A DNA stretch of 20,000 nt from an uncultured virus (IMG/VR IMGVR_UViG_2236876025_000003) (IMGVR_UViG_2236876025_000003); one strand, 5' to 3'. Counted from the stretch's first letter, positions 1-8,371 are shown. The notes: generated from the sequence alone by a model not told the origin. Numbers and translations are program-made.

Positions 1-483
1 TTCACATTGCCGCATAATGCATTGTATGATTCCGTCATGAGTATGAATACTTCCAGTATATTCCGTGGCGCATGCTATGGAAACTCTGCAGGTTTCGGTG
101 ATGTTCTCGGTAACTGGAATGCAGCTCTTATGTGGCTTGAACAAGCAAAGCTTGATTTCGGTGAAGCATATCAGGTAAGATATAACGATAAGGAAAAAGA
201 ATTAAGTATTTGGCCTACACCTAGACATCCTGTTCGCGGTATTATGGAAGTATATAAGCGTCAAAGAAGCGTAAAGATATTTAACGATATCATGTTCAGA
301 AAGCTCGTTGTAGCGCGCTCTGGCATGATATGGTGTAATTCTTTGCGTAAATATTCTATTACAATTGCCGGTGGTGGTCAGCTAAATGCTGATAGCCTAT
401 ATTCAAGCTATAAGGAAGAATACGATTACTGTCTTGAAAATATCAGGCTCGAATCACCAAATGCTGATTTCTATATTGCGTAA
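1..483 (+). CDS. T4 gp13-like neck/head-completion protein, 5'-truncated by window edge
   Basis: Frame is open from base 1. The C-terminus FNDIMFRKLVVARSGMIWCNSLRKYSITIAGGGQLNADSLYSSYKEE...LESPNADFYIA matches the pattern of gp13 C-termini (WVKDYATAL...LPGGVTIDG...PFGILVG). Confidence 0.75.
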   Translation, partial: FTLPHNALYDSVMSMNTSSIFRGACYGNSAGFGDVLGNWNAALMWLEQAKLDFGEAYQVRYNDKEKELSIWPTPRHPVRGIMEVYKRQRSVKIFNDIMFRKLVVARSGMIWCNSLRKYSITIAGGGQLNADSLYSSYKEEYDYCLENIRLESPNADFYIA

Positions 484-488
484 AATAA

Positions 489-512
489 AAAAGCGGTTTA
501 CAAACCGCTTTT
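489..512. terminator. Bidirectional intrinsic terminator between convergent genes
   Basis: AAAAGCGGTTT-AC-AAACCGCTTTT perfect inverted repeat with A/T tails, lying between stops at 483 (+) and 511 (-). Confidence 0.85.
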
Positions 513-526
513 ATTTTTCTATATTT
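496..526 (+). promoter_or_regulatory. Early-type promoter-like site pointing antisense into the 511..1284 gene
   Basis: TTTACA (497-502) - 17 bp - TATATT (520-525). The flanks GTTTACAAA...CTATATTTAATA closely match the promoter at 16864-16898. Confidence 0.5.
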
Positions 527-1284
527 AATATTTGGAGTAACCGTCTACTATCGTTATTGCTGATTATTTCTTGCATACGATTGACTGTGCCAATATACCT
601 GATATAACTCGGTGGAATATTTTGCGTTACGTATCTTGCTGGACATGTAGAGCCATATTCATTATCATAATGTGTCTTTAATCCGTCAGGCAATCTGACC
701 ATATAAACGTATTGACCATAGCCGTCTGCGCCAATTGAACGTATAAGTGTTCTGATTGCGCCAACGACACGTTTATCAAAATTTTTGTCGTCACGTTCCA
801 GATTACCAGATACGTCTTCCATTTTCCATAGGTATACGCGCTTGTCAGGATAAATAATGCCACGTTTGACTGTTCCTGATCTATCCATTTCTGGATCTAA
901 TGAATCTTTGGCGATTAAACCGGATTTTAAAATTTTAGTCGGTACTACTTTAGTAAAATGTAGGTAAATCCCGCTATAGAATGAGTCATTATCGTCATAA
1001 TACCCATGGTCTATCGTATTCAGTTTGAGTAGATTTATTGTGTTATGCCTGATATATGATATATACCAGCCGTATTTTTGAAGAAGCTTGTCGAATTCAG
1101 TCATTTTCATGCCGTGCAGTTCTAGTTCATCCAGCACTGTATCTCTATTGATGTCGACAGAGTTTACATAATTTCCATCTGGTACATTGCCCATGTAATG
1201 TATCTGGAAATCGTCATTTTTCCATAATGTATCTCTCAGCTTGTTAGCTGGAATGGCAAGTTCTAAAAATTCATTTAATTTCAT
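511..1284 (-). CDS. Putative ADP-ribosyltransferase-fold protein (KptA/Tpt1-like), likely virion-packaged
   Basis: 257 aa. Motifs YLHFT..ILKSGL, RVYL, YVYMVRLP and RYVTQNIPPSYI parallel KptA-type LYHGT..I..GL / VHLS / VPP.Y. N-terminus MKLNEFLE; late promoter 4 nt upstream. Confidence 0.6.
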   Translation of the reverse strand: MKLNEFLELAIPANKLRDTLWKNDDFQIHYMGNVPDGNYVNSVDINRDTVLDELELHGMKMTEFDKLLQKYGWYISYIRHNTINLLKLNTIDHGYYDDNDSFYSGIYLHFTKVVPTKILKSGLIAKDSLDPEMDRSGTVKRGIIYPDKRVYLWKMEDVSGNLERDDKNFDKRVVGAIRTLIRSIGADGYGQYVYMVRLPDGLKTHYDNEYGSTCPARYVTQNIPPSYIRYIGTVNRMQEIISNNDSRRLLQILNIEK

Positions 1285-1288
1285 ACAT

Positions 1289-1300
1289 TATTTATAAATA
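1289..1300. promoter_or_regulatory. Overlapping divergent T4-type late promoters
   Basis: Palindrome TATTTATAAATA gives TATAAATA on - (1296-1289, 4 nt before ATG 1284) and on + (1293-1300, 10 nt before ATG 1311). Confidence 0.8.
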
Positions 1301-1310
1301 GTGCATACGT

Positions 1311-1610
1311 ATGAAATTATATATTTGCCATTATCCTGGATGCACCTATAAGACGGAAAACAGAAGTAAGATAGACTTTCACCATATTGTTCCACGAGAA
1401 TTATGGCCAAGGTTGAACCAAAATGTTACATTGAGTTTTTGTCCGACACATCATAGGCTTATTTATCATCCTGAAGTAAAGAGTGGCGCACACAGCATAA
1501 AGACAGAAGACAGTCTTGAAATACTCGGCATATTTAAATCGACACACGGTTATTCTGTAGAATATAGAAATGCTGATGGCATTGAATTTTTTGAGGATTT
1601 TGACAAATAA
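1311..1610 (+). CDS. Small HNH endonuclease-like protein with Zn ligands
   Basis: CHYPGC...DFHHIVP...NVTLSFCPTHHRLIY, an HNH beta-beta-alpha pattern with Cys/His Zn ligands. Confidence 0.75.
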   Translation: MKLYICHYPGCTYKTENRSKIDFHHIVPRELWPRLNQNVTLSFCPTHHRLIYHPEVKSGAHSIKTEDSLEILGIFKSTHGYSVEYRNADGIEFFEDFDK

Positions 1611-1638
1611 AAAACTCAAATAAAAATTTACATGTCTC

Positions 1639-1668
1639 GTTTACAAGGTTTTACAATTTACTATATTT
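1639..1668 (+). promoter_or_regulatory. Early-type (sigma70-like) promoter of the long + strand gene run
   Basis: GTTTACA (1639-1645) - 16 bp - TATATT (1662-1667), with the same TTTACTATATTT core as 16883-16894. SD-like AAGGA before ATG 1709. Confidence 0.65.
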
Positions 1669-1708
1669 TACACATACAATGAAATTGTAAAACATAAAGG
1701 AAATAAAA

Positions 1709-2002
1709 ATGGAAAATAATTTTAATACTAACGATTACGTTATGAATACTGTTACTGGTAAGGCATATATCGTAACTACTGATACCGTTCAAACACGCGG
1801 ACGTCGTCAGCTTGCTGGCACAGGTATTCGCAATCCGGAACTTACGCAGGTCGTAGAAAACCATCTTGAATCACTTGATGGCACTGCCGCTATTGTCTGT
1901 TACCACGCAGAAAGAATCCTTCGTGGTAAGCATAAACAGTCTGAACACGATAAGCAGATTCTTGCAATGTATCGTGCACTCCGTAAGTTGGTAATCGCAT
2001 AA
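1709..2002 (+). CDS. Hypothetical protein, 97 aa
   Basis: AAGGAAAT RBS-like sequence upstream; first ORF after the promoter; no family recognised. Confidence 0.8.
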   Translation: MENNFNTNDYVMNTVTGKAYIVTTDTVQTRGRRQLAGTGIRNPELTQVVENHLESLDGTAAIVCYHAERILRGKHKQSEHDKQILAMYRALRKLVIA

Positions 2003-2016
2003 TTATTTAATTGCTA

Positions 2017-2673
2017 ATGAACTGCTATTTTGTTAATAATATAAACGTTCCTAAATGCACGTACGTTCGTCGTGCTGAATGGTTCGACCGTATTATTGAT
2101 AAATACTGTTTACCGGCTGACGCTATTTGTATTGCGGGTGGTATATCCGAATATTTGGATATGGAAATAGCTTTTTTAATTAGATTAGCACAGAGATATC
2201 CAAAGGTCGTATATATTTTAGGTGGTTGTGATTTCAAGAGCGATATACCACTCGCGAACAAATTTGGTAGATTTGATAATTGTTTTAACAAAATTCAGAA
2301 AAATAAATGTACCCCCGAGAGAATAGATGGCAATAAAATTTGGATAGATAAGCTTGTTCTCGGGGGTTCTTTAGGTTTTGATCGATATGAAGATATCAAA
2401 AAATGGGACTGGTGGTCAAAAGACAAGGATGAAATTTATAATTTTGAAAGAAACCGTCTTTTATCAGTCATAAATAAAGAGCCGATACCTGACATCGTTC
2501 TGTCTTATTATTCTCCTGACGCGATGCAAATAAATTCTACTGCCAAGATATGGCATTATGGGTTCGGTAAAAAACAAGAAATCATAGAGAAAAACGGTAA
2601 TCTGATTTTAAATAACAGTTGTGATGTTACGAATAGTAAATATTCGAAAAAAGACTTTTTAATTAATCTATAA
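2017..2673 (+). CDS. Calcineurin-like metallophosphoesterase-fold protein, probably catalytically degenerate
   Basis: The layout ADAICIAGGIS / VVYILGGCDF / IVLSYYSP / IWHYGF maps onto MPP motifs AGD, GNHD, H and GHxH with the metal ligands replaced. ATG 2017 preferred over TTG 2011. Confidence 0.6.
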   Translation: MNCYFVNNINVPKCTYVRRAEWFDRIIDKYCLPADAICIAGGISEYLDMEIAFLIRLAQRYPKVVYILGGCDFKSDIPLANKFGRFDNCFNKIQKNKCTPERIDGNKIWIDKLVLGGSLGFDRYEDIKKWDWWSKDKDEIYNFERNRLLSVINKEPIPDIVLSYYSPDAMQINSTAKIWHYGFGKKQEIIEKNGNLILNNSCDVTNSKYSKKDFLINL

Positions 2674-2683
2674 TGGAGAAACT

Positions 2684-3358
2684 ATGAGAATTCTAGACAA
2701 TAATGTATTGATTGATGAAAATAAATCGGTCGATCATCTTTCTGCTGGCGTATTTCTTATTCCAGGTGTTGGAACTATTCCGATGGCTTACGGTAGAATT
2801 GTTAAGCTTGGCGAAGGACTTGATAATCCGGAAGTCGAAAATGATAAAATTCCATTTTTCGTAAACGTGAATGACTACGTGGTTTATAATCCAGGTGTGG
2901 CGATCCCGATCGAAACCGTAATAAAGAAAGATGGTGTAACTAATAAAAAGAAGAATTTTAAATTAAGCGCAGGTGAATGTATGTTGGTGCTCGAAGAAGA
3001 AGATGGAAAGACCATCGGTATTAAGAAAATGCTTGAAAACTATCTTTTGCTGAAGATGGAAACCAATGCAGACAAGAAAAGCGGCAATAAGATTTATTGT
3101 CCGGAATATAACGCAGACAGTAGTATCGTTACTGGCACTGTCATTATGACTGGCCCGGGCCGTTATAACTATAAGCTCCGTAAGCAAGTTCCATGTCAGG
3201 CAAAGGTTGGCGATGTTGTTGCATTTGCAAGCGTAAAGAAGATTGCGCTCAATATTCCAGTAAAACAGGCAGACGGTAAAATCGTAAAAGAACAGTATTT
3301 TATGATTCCTGATACCGCAGTAGAAGCAATTTTGGAAAACGATGAAGCGCTCAACTAA
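2684..3358 (+). CDS. groES: Tandem double GroES (Cpn10) co-chaperonin
   Basis: Two GroES-like repeats: MRILDNNVLI..SAGVFLIP..YGRIVKLGEG..VNVNDYVVY and MLENYLLLK..SGNKIYCP..TGTVIMTGPG..AKVGDVVAF..YFMIPDTAVEAIL. GGAG SD upstream. Confidence 0.85.
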   Translation: MRILDNNVLIDENKSVDHLSAGVFLIPGVGTIPMAYGRIVKLGEGLDNPEVENDKIPFFVNVNDYVVYNPGVAIPIETVIKKDGVTNKKKNFKLSAGECMLVLEEEDGKTIGIKKMLENYLLLKMETNADKKSGNKIYCPEYNADSSIVTGTVIMTGPGRYNYKLRKQVPCQAKVGDVVAFASVKKIALNIPVKQADGKIVKEQYFMIPDTAVEAILENDEALN

Positions 3359-3659
3359 AATAATTATCGGTGTAAGCATTGTTGTTTACTCTTTTATAAT
3401 AGGTCTTTTTGGCCTATTCGGAGAGAGTATTCAAAATGCTTTATTTTTCTTTTTAAAGAATGTCTTGCCATATATTTTCATTTTATTCGGTTATTTTCTT
3501 GCTGTATTTTTACCAATAAGAATTACACAGGCATTGGAAGAAAATAAAAAAAGGCAAGAAGAATTTAATAAAGATGTAGAAATGGTATTACGCGCAAAAA
3601 GAGAAAAGGAAATTCAAGAAAATATTCTTAATGCGCTAACAGATGAGGATAGAGTATGA
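3342..3659 (+). CDS. Hypothetical membrane protein (2 TM helices plus charged C-terminal tail)
   Basis: Hydrophobic segments IIIGVSIVVYSFIIGLFGLFG and VLPYIFILFGYFLAVFLPI. Confidence 0.75.
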   Translation: MKRSTKIIIGVSIVVYSFIIGLFGLFGESIQNALFFFLKNVLPYIFILFGYFLAVFLPIRITQALEENKKRQEEFNKDVEMVLRAKREKEIQENILNALTDEDRV

Positions 3660-4102
3660 GTAATGAAAATATCGTAAGAACTGCAATTAAGCCTACGCAT
3701 TATTGTGATAACGCTATAAATATCGAACCTATTGAAGTCGCACGTCATTTGAATTTTGATTTAGGAAATGTTTGGAAATATTGCGCACGTTATCTTGGCA
3801 AGCATACGCCAGGCACGGATTTAGGCAAGGCAATTTTCTATATGGACGATTTCCGTAAAAACTGGGTTGACGACGTAAATGAATGTATTTACGTGCATAA
3901 GCTCCCGCAAGAAATTATTGAAATGATGATTAAGTTCATTGACGCAGAAACTAGGCCAGAAGTAAAAAATATGTTTACTCTTGTTCTTGAAATTACGACA
4001 GAAAATCGTATTCGTGATATTAAAGAATTTGACCTCGTCAGATATGAACTTTTACAATATGCTAAGACATTTCCGGATGCGGACTTGAAAGACTTAGAGT
4101 GA
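3656..4102 (+). CDS. DUF3310-family protein (T7 gp1.7 nucleotide kinase-like)
   Basis: KPTHY..IEPIEV..LNFDLGNVWKYCARY..K..DLGKAIFY is the DUF3310 signature. Confidence 0.8.
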   Translation: MSNENIVRTAIKPTHYCDNAINIEPIEVARHLNFDLGNVWKYCARYLGKHTPGTDLGKAIFYMDDFRKNWVDDVNECIYVHKLPQEIIEMMIKFIDAETRPEVKNMFTLVLEITTENRIRDIKEFDLVRYELLQYAKTFPDADLKDLE

Positions 4103-4109
4103 GGTTGAT

Positions 4110-4490
4110 ATGCTTACAATCTCTAATGTCAGAGTTCTTCCGTTAAAATTTAAACTTAAAAATGGTGTCGTTGGTTTAGCTCAAGTATCATTCAAGGGTG
4201 GTTTGCTTATAACTGGCCTTGAACTTATTGAACGCAATAACAAACGATTTATCCAATATCCAAAGAATCCGAATAATAATAGGGGCCTTTGTTATTGTCA
4301 GCCATTGAATTCTGTATTATCAGGCGTCATCGAAAAGAAAGTTTTCGAAGTCTATGATAAACTTAAAAACCAGCAAGTCGGTAATGTAGACCTAAACGAT
4401 GATTTCGTTGATACTGCAATAACCGAGCTTTGCAACACGTTCCACCTCAATACAAGCGACGAACAAAATGAAGAAACAAAAACAATTTAA
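4110..4490 (+). CDS. spoVG: SpoVG-family nucleic-acid-binding protein
   Basis: ISNVRVLP..GLAQVSF..LLITGLELIE..FIQYP..CQPLN..IEKKVFEVY matches SpoVG. GAGGT SD upstream. Confidence 0.8.
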   Translation: MLTISNVRVLPLKFKLKNGVVGLAQVSFKGGLLITGLELIERNNKRFIQYPKNPNNNRGLCYCQPLNSVLSGVIEKKVFEVYDKLKNQQVGNVDLNDDFVDTAITELCNTFHLNTSDEQNEETKTI

Positions 4491-4758
4491 AATGCCACCG
4501 CTTTTTAAAAAAGATCGTGACATGTTGTCGATTATAAACAATCCTGAAAAAATGAAGGCATTGAAAGAAGTAGTCGACCAAGCTGCAAAAGTTTCTGAAA
4601 ATCTAAAACATTTTAAAGATTTGCAGGCATGGTATGCTTATGTTATTACTATCCTGCCAGACTTTGAAAATATGTCTAACTTCAAAAATCAATTGGAAGC
4701 ATTAATAAATGAATATTGTAATGAATCAGAAAGAAATAACACCGTTGAACATGGTTAA
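4468..4758 (+). CDS. Hypothetical protein, 96 aa
   Basis: ORF tiles the operon and overlaps its neighbours; start uncertain. Confidence 0.65.
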   Translation: MKKQKQFKMPPLFKKDRDMLSIINNPEKMKALKEVVDQAAKVSENLKHFKDLQAWYAYVITILPDFENMSNFKNQLEALINEYCNESERNNTVEHG

Positions 4759-4933
4759 GACTGTATATGCATCAGTTTTAGAAGACCTGCATGAACATTT
4801 CGAAGACTATGCCAAGGTTTTTGTTAAAAATTACGACACATATAATGAAGAAGAAATGAAGGTAATTATTAACAAGAATGATGAACTCAGTAAAAAGATT
4901 AACGCATTTTTAGGAAAGAACAAGCTTGTATGA
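4709..4933 (+). CDS. Hypothetical protein, up to 74 aa
   Basis: Fills the gap; ATGA overlap with the next gene; start uncertain (4709, 4721 or 4751). Confidence 0.6.
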   Translation: MNIVMNQKEITPLNMVKTVYASVLEDLHEHFEDYAKVFVKNYDTYNEEEMKVIINKNDELSKKINAFLGKNKLV

Positions 4934-5229
4934 GTTTTAAACTAGGACACACGTATGACGCGGCAGACGGTAATAAATATACTTGTATAATGCTGGAAAA
5001 CGGTTTTGGAATATTTAAGCTTAATAAAATTCAGAAGCGTTTTAAAATTACCAAATATTGCGGCGTTGATTCAGTTATTCAATATGGTAATGTTTTAATT
5101 AAATCTGAAACTATTGCGCCGAAGGACGATGATGAATTTGATTTGCCCAAACAGCCAGTAATTTACACGTTGAACAAAAATAATGAAAGGTATATAGATG
5201 TTTTCAAACGACACAAAGCAGCAAACTAA
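4930..5229 (+). CDS. Hypothetical protein, 99 aa
   Basis: ATGA-coupled start; small beta-rich N-terminus (FKLGHTY..YTCIM). Confidence 0.75.
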   Translation: MSFKLGHTYDAADGNKYTCIMLENGFGIFKLNKIQKRFKITKYCGVDSVIQYGNVLIKSETIAPKDDDEFDLPKQPVIYTLNKNNERYIDVFKRHKAAN

Positions 5230-5890
5230 AGTAGAAAAAAATTCAGCGAATATCGAAGTCGATAATCCGGAAACTGAAGAACAGCAGACTTCGGAACAAG
5301 TTGAAGGTCAGCCGGTAAATCTTGGCGAACTTGGTAATTATTTCGATGTTGTTCGTAATAATTATTTTGAAGTCAATCGTGTAATTTTTATAATTGGTCC
5401 GATTACTTGGGAAAACATGATACACGTCATTCAGAAGCTCTCTTTCTATGATGATGGTTCCAAGAATCCGATTACAATTTATATTTCCTCACCAGGAGGC
5501 GAATGTGATGCTGGTTTCGCAGTTATTGACTGCATGAACAAGCTTAAATCGAAAGGCATCGTAATCAATACGATTTGTATGGGTTCATGTTCTTCTATGG
5601 CATCCGTTATTTTGGCAAGTGGAACTATTGGCAATCGCTATGCATTCCCGTCATCAAGAATTATGATTCATCAGGCTGGTATCGAAGCTACTGGCGGTAA
5701 GTTGCAGGATATTCAGATTATTCAGCACGAACTCCAGGTTTGGACTGACTGTATGAATAAGATTTTCAAAAAGCAAACAAATAAGACGATCGATGAACTT
5801 AAGAAACTTACTTCATTCGATAATTATATGTCTGCTTCTGAAGCTAAACGAATCGGTCTTGTAGACCATGTAAATGCAAAGATGGTATGA
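5198..5890 (+). CDS. clpP: ClpP-type protease subunit
   Basis: RVIFIIGPI, ITIYISSPGG, GSCSSMASVILASG (Ser), SRIMIHQ (His), FDNYMSASEA (Asp), GLVD. Acidic N-terminal extension. Confidence 0.92.
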   Translation: MFSNDTKQQTKVEKNSANIEVDNPETEEQQTSEQVEGQPVNLGELGNYFDVVRNNYFEVNRVIFIIGPITWENMIHVIQKLSFYDDGSKNPITIYISSPGGECDAGFAVIDCMNKLKSKGIVINTICMGSCSSMASVILASGTIGNRYAFPSSRIMIHQAGIEATGGKLQDIQIIQHELQVWTDCMNKIFKKQTNKTIDELKKLTSFDNYMSASEAKRIGLVDHVNAKMV

Positions 5891-6144
5891 TTAAAGAATT
5901 AGTTGACAATATCTTATCAATAGATAATATAGAAGAAACTTTCTTAGGCCTTGATGATGAGTCTACAAAAGAGTATTATGCTCTTTTGATAGCCTCTCTA
6001 GGCTATTTTAATTATCTAATTATTTCTAACGTATTTGCGGCGTTATTACATAATATCATTGAAAACGCAAAACACGTAACAAAAGAAGATCTTGATGAAA
6101 TTTTTGAATATCTGATGGATTTAAGTTTAAACGAGATTAAATAA
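5887..6144 (+). CDS. Hypothetical protein, 85 aa
   Basis: ATGA overlap with clpP. Confidence 0.7.
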   Translation: MIKELVDNILSIDNIEETFLGLDDESTKEYYALLIASLGYFNYLIISNVFAALLHNIIENAKHVTKEDLDEIFEYLMDLSLNEIK

Positions 6145-6145
6145 T

Positions 6146-6547
6146 ATGGAAGAACTGAACCATAAAAAATCACTATTGACTTATCTTAAAAATTTGTCAA
6201 AGACGACTACCACAAAAACCCAAAAAGAAACAAACGATTATGACGGTATAAAAGCCATCATTGAATTTCTCCATATGGATGGTGCAGACGATTGTATTTT
6301 ACAAATTGCCGAAAAGCTGACAATCGATAGCGAATATGACGATTTTTATGAACACTTTGAAAATCTGGATTCCGTTCTCAATCTTATTTGTTTAAAAGAA
6401 ACTGAACCAGAAAGATATTATAATGTAGTTCATTTTGAAAATATCTTAATAAATATTTTGGCTTCTATTATGGGCCTTAAATATAGAATTGTACTTAATC
6501 CAGAAGACTTATTACATCCGTATTATTTGACATTAACGCATAAATAA
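6146..6547 (+). CDS. Hypothetical protein, 133 aa
   Basis: Starts 1 nt after the previous stop. Confidence 0.75.
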   Translation: MEELNHKKSLLTYLKNLSKTTTTKTQKETNDYDGIKAIIEFLHMDGADDCILQIAEKLTIDSEYDDFYEHFENLDSVLNLICLKETEPERYYNVVHFENILINILASIMGLKYRIVLNPEDLLHPYYLTLTHK

Positions 6548-6559
6548 CAAAAAGAGAAT

Positions 6560-6567
6560 CATAAATA
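6560..6567 (+). promoter_or_regulatory. Possible late promoter variant CATAAATA
   Basis: One mismatch to TATAAATA, intergenic, 20 nt before ATG 6588; a second copy at 6539-6546. Confidence 0.35.
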
Positions 6568-6587
6568 TATAAAATTGGTATTAAACA

Positions 6588-7646
6588 ATGAGTAATGATT
6601 TCTTAGAATACTATCATCGTGAAAGTAAGAAACATGCTGTTACTGAAGAAGAACAGCTTGCTCTTCATAAAAAACAAATGGAGATGGAGTCTAAAAGACA
6701 CCAATTAGAAGACGACGACGATTTTTATAATGAAGAAGTGCCTGTACAGGAATCTACACGCGTTAATGTGCCTACGAAAAAACTTCCGCCTAAACGTCCG
6801 ATTGTTCCGCCTGCACCACGTCAGGTACCATCTCGACCGGCAGCTGTGCCAGCTACACCAGCACCGGCACCGGTTAATCGTGTACGCACACGTGCATCAT
6901 CCCAAATGGATGAAGCTCTTGCTATGATTGATAAAATCACTGACAAGATTACTGGCATGTTTTTTAAATATGGTTTTGACGGTCTTGAAAAGATTAGTCG
7001 TCATTTAAATGAAGATATTGAAGAAATTGTAAATCCGCAGCCAACATATCGAGAAGATTATAATGAATCTTATAATGCGAACGAAGAACGCATACTCGAA
7101 CTCGAAGAAGAAAATAATAAACTCCGTAGATTACTCGAAAGACAGTTAGAACGTAGCAAGGCAGAAGCTGCTGAAACGCCTGTTGCACGTAAGCCAGTAA
7201 AGCCTGTTATCGAAGAAACTACGATTGATGAATCGGTAGACGATGTTCCAGAAGAACTTGAAGAAGTCGACGAATCATATGGAATGCCGGAAACTGATTC
7301 TGAAAAACTAAACGAACAATTTATTTCCATGAACCAAAACATGGATATTAATGCTCTGGGCGCATCGTTGACACAACAAGCTGCAATACAAAAACGTAGT
7401 GAATCCGCTGGTGATACAAGACTGGCACAGGTAGCCGCACGTGCAGAGATGCTCCAACAATCGATGAATAAAAAAATCGATGATAAAATTGCGTCTGTCG
7501 AACAACAACAAGCAGAGTCATTCCAACAATCTGAAGAATTGGAAATTATTGATGTCGAAGAACCGACACAGCCAATCGAAAATGTAAAGTCTACTCCTGC
7601 TGCAGAATCTAAGAAAAAAGTCTCTAAAAAGAAAAAGTCTAAATAA
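6588..7646 (+). CDS. Hypothetical low-complexity protein (Pro-rich, acidic and coiled-coil segments, basic tail), 352 aa
   Basis: [52 protein letters not shown]-terminal [11 protein letters not shown]. Confidence 0.85.
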   Translation: MSNDFLEYYHRESKKHAVTEEEQLALHKKQMEMESKRHQLEDDDDFYNEEVPVQESTRVNVPTKKLPPKRPIVPPAPRQVPSRPAAVPATPAPAPVNRVRTRASSQMDEALAMIDKITDKITGMFFKYGFDGLEKISRHLNEDIEEIVNPQPTYREDYNESYNANEERILELEEENNKLRRLLERQLERSKAEAAETPVARKPVKPVIEETTIDESVDDVPEELEEVDESYGMPETDSEKLNEQFISMNQNMDINALGASLTQQAAIQKRSESAGDTRLAQVAARAEMLQQSMNKKIDDKIASVEQQQAESFQQSEELEIIDVEEPTQPIENVKSTPAAESKKKVSKKKKSK

Positions 7647-7903
7647 TGAAAAATAAAAATAAAAAAGATCTAAAACCTAAGTCTGAGAAAACAAATATAT
7701 CTGAAGTGGAGGTAGAGGGAACGGTAATAGAAGCCAGGCCCAATGCCATGTTTGATGTGAAATTGGACAATGATAACGTAGTTCTATGTACAATTTGCGG
7801 CAAGATAAGAGTTAATCGTATTCGAATCTTGCCAGGTGATCGCGTTAAAGTTGGTCTGAGTATATACGATTTAAATAAAGGAAGAATACTTTTTAGATTA
7901 TGA
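7646..7903 (+). CDS. infA: Translation initiation factor IF-1
   Basis: [53 protein letters not shown] is the IF-1 S1 fold; Lys-rich N-terminal extension. Confidence 0.95.
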   Translation: MKNKNKKDLKPKSEKTNISEVEVEGTVIEARPNAMFDVKLDNDNVVLCTICGKIRVNRIRILPGDRVKVGLSIYDLNKGRILFRL

Positions 7904-8130
7904 TCCCGGAATATAAAAGAGATAAAGCCAATCCGCTTAATATTGAAACCGCATTACAGAATTTACCTGAAATTGCTGCGCTTGCCGCACAGCAAGATAC
8001 TTGGTCACAATATGAACAGCCAGCAGATTTCTCGGATATACCGCCTGAATATCAAAAGTTAATTCCTGACAATGTTCGCAAAAATCAAGAAGATACGCGA
8101 ATATATAATATTTGGTTAACAAAACAATAA
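7900..8130 (+). CDS. Hypothetical protein, 76 aa
   Basis: ATGA overlap with infA. Confidence 0.7.
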   Translation: MIPEYKRDKANPLNIETALQNLPEIAALAAQQDTWSQYEQPADFSDIPPEYQKLIPDNVRKNQEDTRIYNIWLTKQ

Positions 8131-8148
8131 AATCAAGAGGTAAAAACT

Positions 8149-8355
8149 ATGATGCAAAACGGAAATAATTTTAATGATGCTGTTGACTCTGAAGACGTTC
8201 TTGTCAATTCAGTTCGTGCAATTAAGCTTTATATTATCGCACGTATGGATGAAGCAAAGAAGGATAGAACTCCAGAACCGATGCTCAAGTTCAAAGAAGG
8301 CTACATCAAGGGTCTCGAGGACATCCAAGCATTTGTTAAGAAACTTAGCATTTAA
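8149..8355 (+). CDS. Hypothetical protein, 68 aa
   Basis: GAGGT SD upstream; followed by a hairpin. Confidence 0.75.
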   Translation: MMQNGNNFNDAVDSEDVLVNSVRAIKLYIIARMDEAKKDRTPEPMLKFKEGYIKGLEDIQAFVKKLSI

Positions 8356-8371
8356 TTAGATTTCCAAAAGA

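Noticed and set aside
3342..3659. Two-TM protein as a holin
   Set aside because: No endolysin or spanin nearby, and it sits in an early-type operon; the evidence is insufficient.
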